A stretch of DNA of 64,000 nt from Hydrolagus colliei. Lineage: Eukaryota. The stretch lies in assembly GCA_035084275.1 (NCBI GenBank), contig CM068746.1, forward strand, positions 36,704,001-36,768,000, read 5' to 3'. The translations under genes and the position numbers were made by a program. Shown here piece after piece: positions 60,591 through 64,000 of this stretch. Numbering within the stretch: the first letter of the stretch is position 1; every line of letters begins with the position of its first letter. Under the pieces are notes generated by a model. It was not told the origin of the DNA. It made no database searches and worked only from the letters and a program-made list of their open reading frames with translations.

Positions 60591-62494
60591 GACACAAGAA
60601 TTGATACCCAACATATTGAAACAGTTGTTACTATAATATCTGTTGCATCTGTTATTATGATAGATCCTTGATCTAAATGTGCAGATAAAATGCACGATTC
60701 ATATCCACTAATTGTACCATTATATACCAAATTCTGAGATTTCTAATAATAATATTAAAATTGTTGAATCTTCTGCTCTGAAAAGAACTAGTAAAAGTAC
60801 TATAAAATTAGACTGAGTTTATACCTGGTCCAGTCCAGTTCTTGAACTGTGGAAAAACTATGATTGAATTTAAGAACAACAACCACAGAACAACAAGTGT
60901 CGTTAATTCCATGCTCTCTTAAATTTTGAAGCAAAATTATGTTACCCACTAAGAGAAGGTGACCCTCTGGTTGCAGAAAACTGCCTAGCTGATCCTTTGT
61001 GTTGTCAAGGTTTGAAGGGATAATCAGGTAGGTATGAGAACAAGTTTAGCCTACATGCACAATCCTAAGTGATAGCTCTCTGATGTTTTAACAGCTACAC
61101 ATAAATCTAGTAATGCAGTTTTGTAGTTAAACAGGAGGATTTTGTTTCGAACATTAGTTAATTCATGTCACTGGGTGCTACTGTCACTATATAATCCATT
61201 TCTACTATCGTCTTGTTCAATCGTCAGGAGATATTTATCCCTGATGGTTTGGCTTCCGCACAATGATAATTTCTCCAGCATATTATTTAATGATCAAGAA
61301 AATCAAAACATTTGCGTTATCACAAAATTCCACATTCACAAAGGTGTGTCATAAGTTATAGATTTGTACACGCCACGTTGCTTTTTTCCCCTCTATTATG
61401 CTTTATCTTCTTACTAAACAAGACAAGTATTTTATTTGTACAATTACATATGTGTAGCAATAAAAAAATGCAAAAATAAATATCCATAAAATATATATAT
61501 TTTTCATCATATATTGACTTAAAAATGTACCTAATTCACTGATGTGGCTGCAACCCATCATTTTACTACACTACACTGTAACTCACTTTTACATCATCTG
61601 CATGTTTCAACATGATGCTACTTGCATCTAACATAACTGCTATCTCCACCCTAAGAAATGAAACCAAGGAATGAATGTTTTTGAAGATTTTAGTCTCTAA
61701 CGGCAACTGTAACTGATGTTAGTTTTGATGAGCAAGTTAATGTTCCACTTTGGTTGAATTCTACACAGAGTAAACAATTAACCTGGAATGGGGAGGAACA
61801 ATTACACCGAACATTCAAGACTAAAATATAATAATAATAATCATAATCCTTGCGTGTGCTGTAACCACTGAGCTACAGGACTACACTTATCACAAATTAG
61901 CTCATGCTTAAACCATATGTGAACGATTCAATTCAGATTAGGATGCAGAAGTGGTGTCACCTCACAACAGATGCATATCATTTGTGACATTGCTACTTTG
62001 TGATATAAAATTATTCAACGATTGATTACATTAACCCAAAATAGAATGAGGGTGTAACCTTTTTTTTTAGCAATAGTTACCTTATTAAACAATCAACGAC
62101 ATCATTATTTTAATGATACTTTAACAATATTTAATGATATTTTACTGGATAAACTTCAACAGAATCTCTTTCAAATGATTGCAAGCATTAAGATATCCTT
62201 TGTTCTCTGCTCCAAGTTGCCTCTGAGAATTTTCTATTGATTGATGCTCAATTATTTATTTCTGTTAGTTTCCCCATGAGTTGGAGCCTCTTAATGACAT
62301 ACCCATAAATAAGGTATGTACTGTAGATATTGTACTAGTCTGAATGTGGTTTTCTTTTATGGAAGGAATATATGGATTGAAATTCAACTGGTCGATAAAG
62401 TTGTCAATCTTGTCCTCCAGCATTTTTAATTGCATTTTCCTTAATGCTTTTAGTGGGGAAAATTCTATTTCCTGCCCACAAGTCCTGGTTAATG

Positions 62495-62690
62495 ATAATA
62501 ATAATCCTTGCATTTGATATAGCGCCTTATCACGTCATTGAGCTATCTCAAAGCACTTCACAGAATATATTGTAAAGTAAATTGACTGTATATTTTATGG
62601 GCAAAACACGTGAGCCAATTGCAGACAGTAGTGTCCCACAAACAGTCGTGGAATGAGTGACCACATTTTTATTTTTGGACGGATTATTAA
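62495..62690 (-). mobile_element. SINE 3' half (followed by an L2 remnant to about 62850)
   Basis: Family body. Confidence 0.85.
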
Positions 62691-63356
62691 GCAAATAAAA
62701 AATTAGCAAAGTAAGCTCAGTGGAAGAATGGGGCAAGAGAAGATCATAGCGACAGGAAGGTATTAGGGTGTGAAGGGATTTATAGGTGAGGGTGAGTTCC
62801 GCTGGACAACAGGGAGCCAATGGGGCCTGGCCTGGACTGGAATGATGGGATTGCTGAATTTCTTTCATTTCCTTTCGTTTGCTGAATTACTCCATTTTGT
62901 CTCTAAATGGAGCAGTCCAACATGAGGAATAAAACAACAAAACATTTTCTAACCATAACACAGCCTTTAGATATTGCGACCAAGATACAGTGGGTAATTA
63001 TTCACGATGAGCTGCTAGATACATCTAACGTACAATATTGTCTGTCGTTGCATCTTTCCTGTGACACAGTTTATCAGGGTTGAACAATGGGCGGCTTAAT
63101 CCCAGGTAATGTAATTTGAGACTCATCTTTTGCACTTTGTTGCACATCACATACTTTTGTTGAGACCTCTTGCCAGAACTGGACTGTAATTGCAGTGTTG
63201 ATGCAAGCAGACACACCCTGTTCAGTCAGGCTAGGATTTTCCCCGAGCACAAGAGCTGCTTTCTTGCAGAACGAACCTCCGCAGCTTTCTGCCTGCTGTG
63301 TTTTTGCAGTGTCATTTCCCTCGCTGTGTGCTTTCCACAACTCGATTTGCCCACGT

Positions 63357-63700
63357 AATAATAATCATCATCATTATCCTTGCATTTCGATATCGAGCCC
63401 TATCACGTTGTTGAGACGTCTCAAAGTGCTTCACAGAATATACTGTAAAGTAAATTGACTGTGCATTTTGGTTTGAAACACAGCAGCCAATCGCTCACAG
63501 CAGTGCCCCACAAACAGTCATGGATTGAATGACCACATTTTGTTTTGAAGAGTTTATTACCCACGGAAAGTGATCTGTTAATTGACTAACAATTGACTAG
63601 GTTTCCACTTACTGTTAGGTAAACAGAAGCGTGTAGAGTAAGGAAACGCACTAGGGAATCAACTCAGGTTGTCTTGCTTGGGAGGCGAGTGCTCATATAA
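63357..63700 (-). mobile_element. Near full-length SINE
   Basis: Tail, body and head remnant (gaggcgagtgctc). Confidence 0.85.
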
Positions 63701-64000
63701 CTACCATTTGTGCTCATTGAAGCATATGTTACCTGTGTTAGTATATATGGTTTGCTATTGTCTTTAAATATTTCTAAATCAGTTGTTAATGTCCTCACTA
63801 ATGAACACTCAGACATCATGTTATTGTGAATATGTAATTGGTTGCTGAACTTGTTCCATCTTACATTCTCAAACACACACTTATTTGTCAGCAGAAGTGT
63901 CTGATTTGGGCTCGTTGTGAGAACATATTCAGGCGATATCTCGTTGAGTGGGGATTTACCGTGAGTCAACTTGGAGTACTTCTGGTTTCCTGATTAAGGT

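Larger units (their letters stand above)
53198..64000 (-). pseudogene. Putative decayed multi-vWA + Kunitz gene (collagen VI/XXVIII-like 3' half)
   Basis: Stop- and frameshift-ridden minus-strand translations contain vWA-like motifs (VEIAVMLDASS..DDVK; NMLEKLSL; HYQSVRTNT..LFCNSIAG..QLINDGE; IIITD..GLGI) and Kunitz-like motifs (LEQDS..RFTMKW; NNQFT..SERSCMDQC), then a stop at 53412-53414 and AATAAA at 53198-53203. Read by eye only. Confidence 0.5.

Noticed and set aside
60600-60780. SEA-domain-like reading (GYES..QGSII)
   Set aside because: Weak; the flanking IIITD..GLGI pattern fits vWA better
51260-64000. GSAP or another divergent neighbour expected from mammalian synteny
   Set aside because: No recognisable plus-strand exons in the window

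Overview
Vertebrate genomic DNA, AT-rich and dense in SINEs and L2/CR1 LINEs. The repeat families suggest a cartilaginous fish, probably a chimaera or elephant shark (inference). The main feature is PTPN12 (PTP-PEST) on the minus strand. Coding exons 1-13 (50223 down to 6538; 1981 nt, about 660 codons) were mapped by eye with canonical GT-AG sites and consistent phases. I could not find the remaining 3' exons in 1-6537, so they probably lie beyond the window start. The CpG-island promoter (about 50.7-51.25 kb) carries four TALE(Pbx/Prep)-CCAAT composite modules, each with a 9-nt spacer. Upstream (53.2-64 kb, minus strand) are what look like decayed remains of a multi-vWA plus C-terminal Kunitz gene (collagen VI alpha3/4- or collagen XXVIII-like) broken up by TE insertions. 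This is the most novel candidate, but it rests on motif reading by eye and needs a profile search. Other points: a strand-skew flip in intron 1 (possible ~2.7 kb inversion), an overlapping uORF at the PTPN12 start, several MITEs (one with a 6-bp TSD), and a tandem GAS/CCAAT cluster. There are no prokaryotic features, CRISPR arrays, rRNA or true tRNA genes. Repeat boundaries are approximate unless TIR/TSD positions are given.
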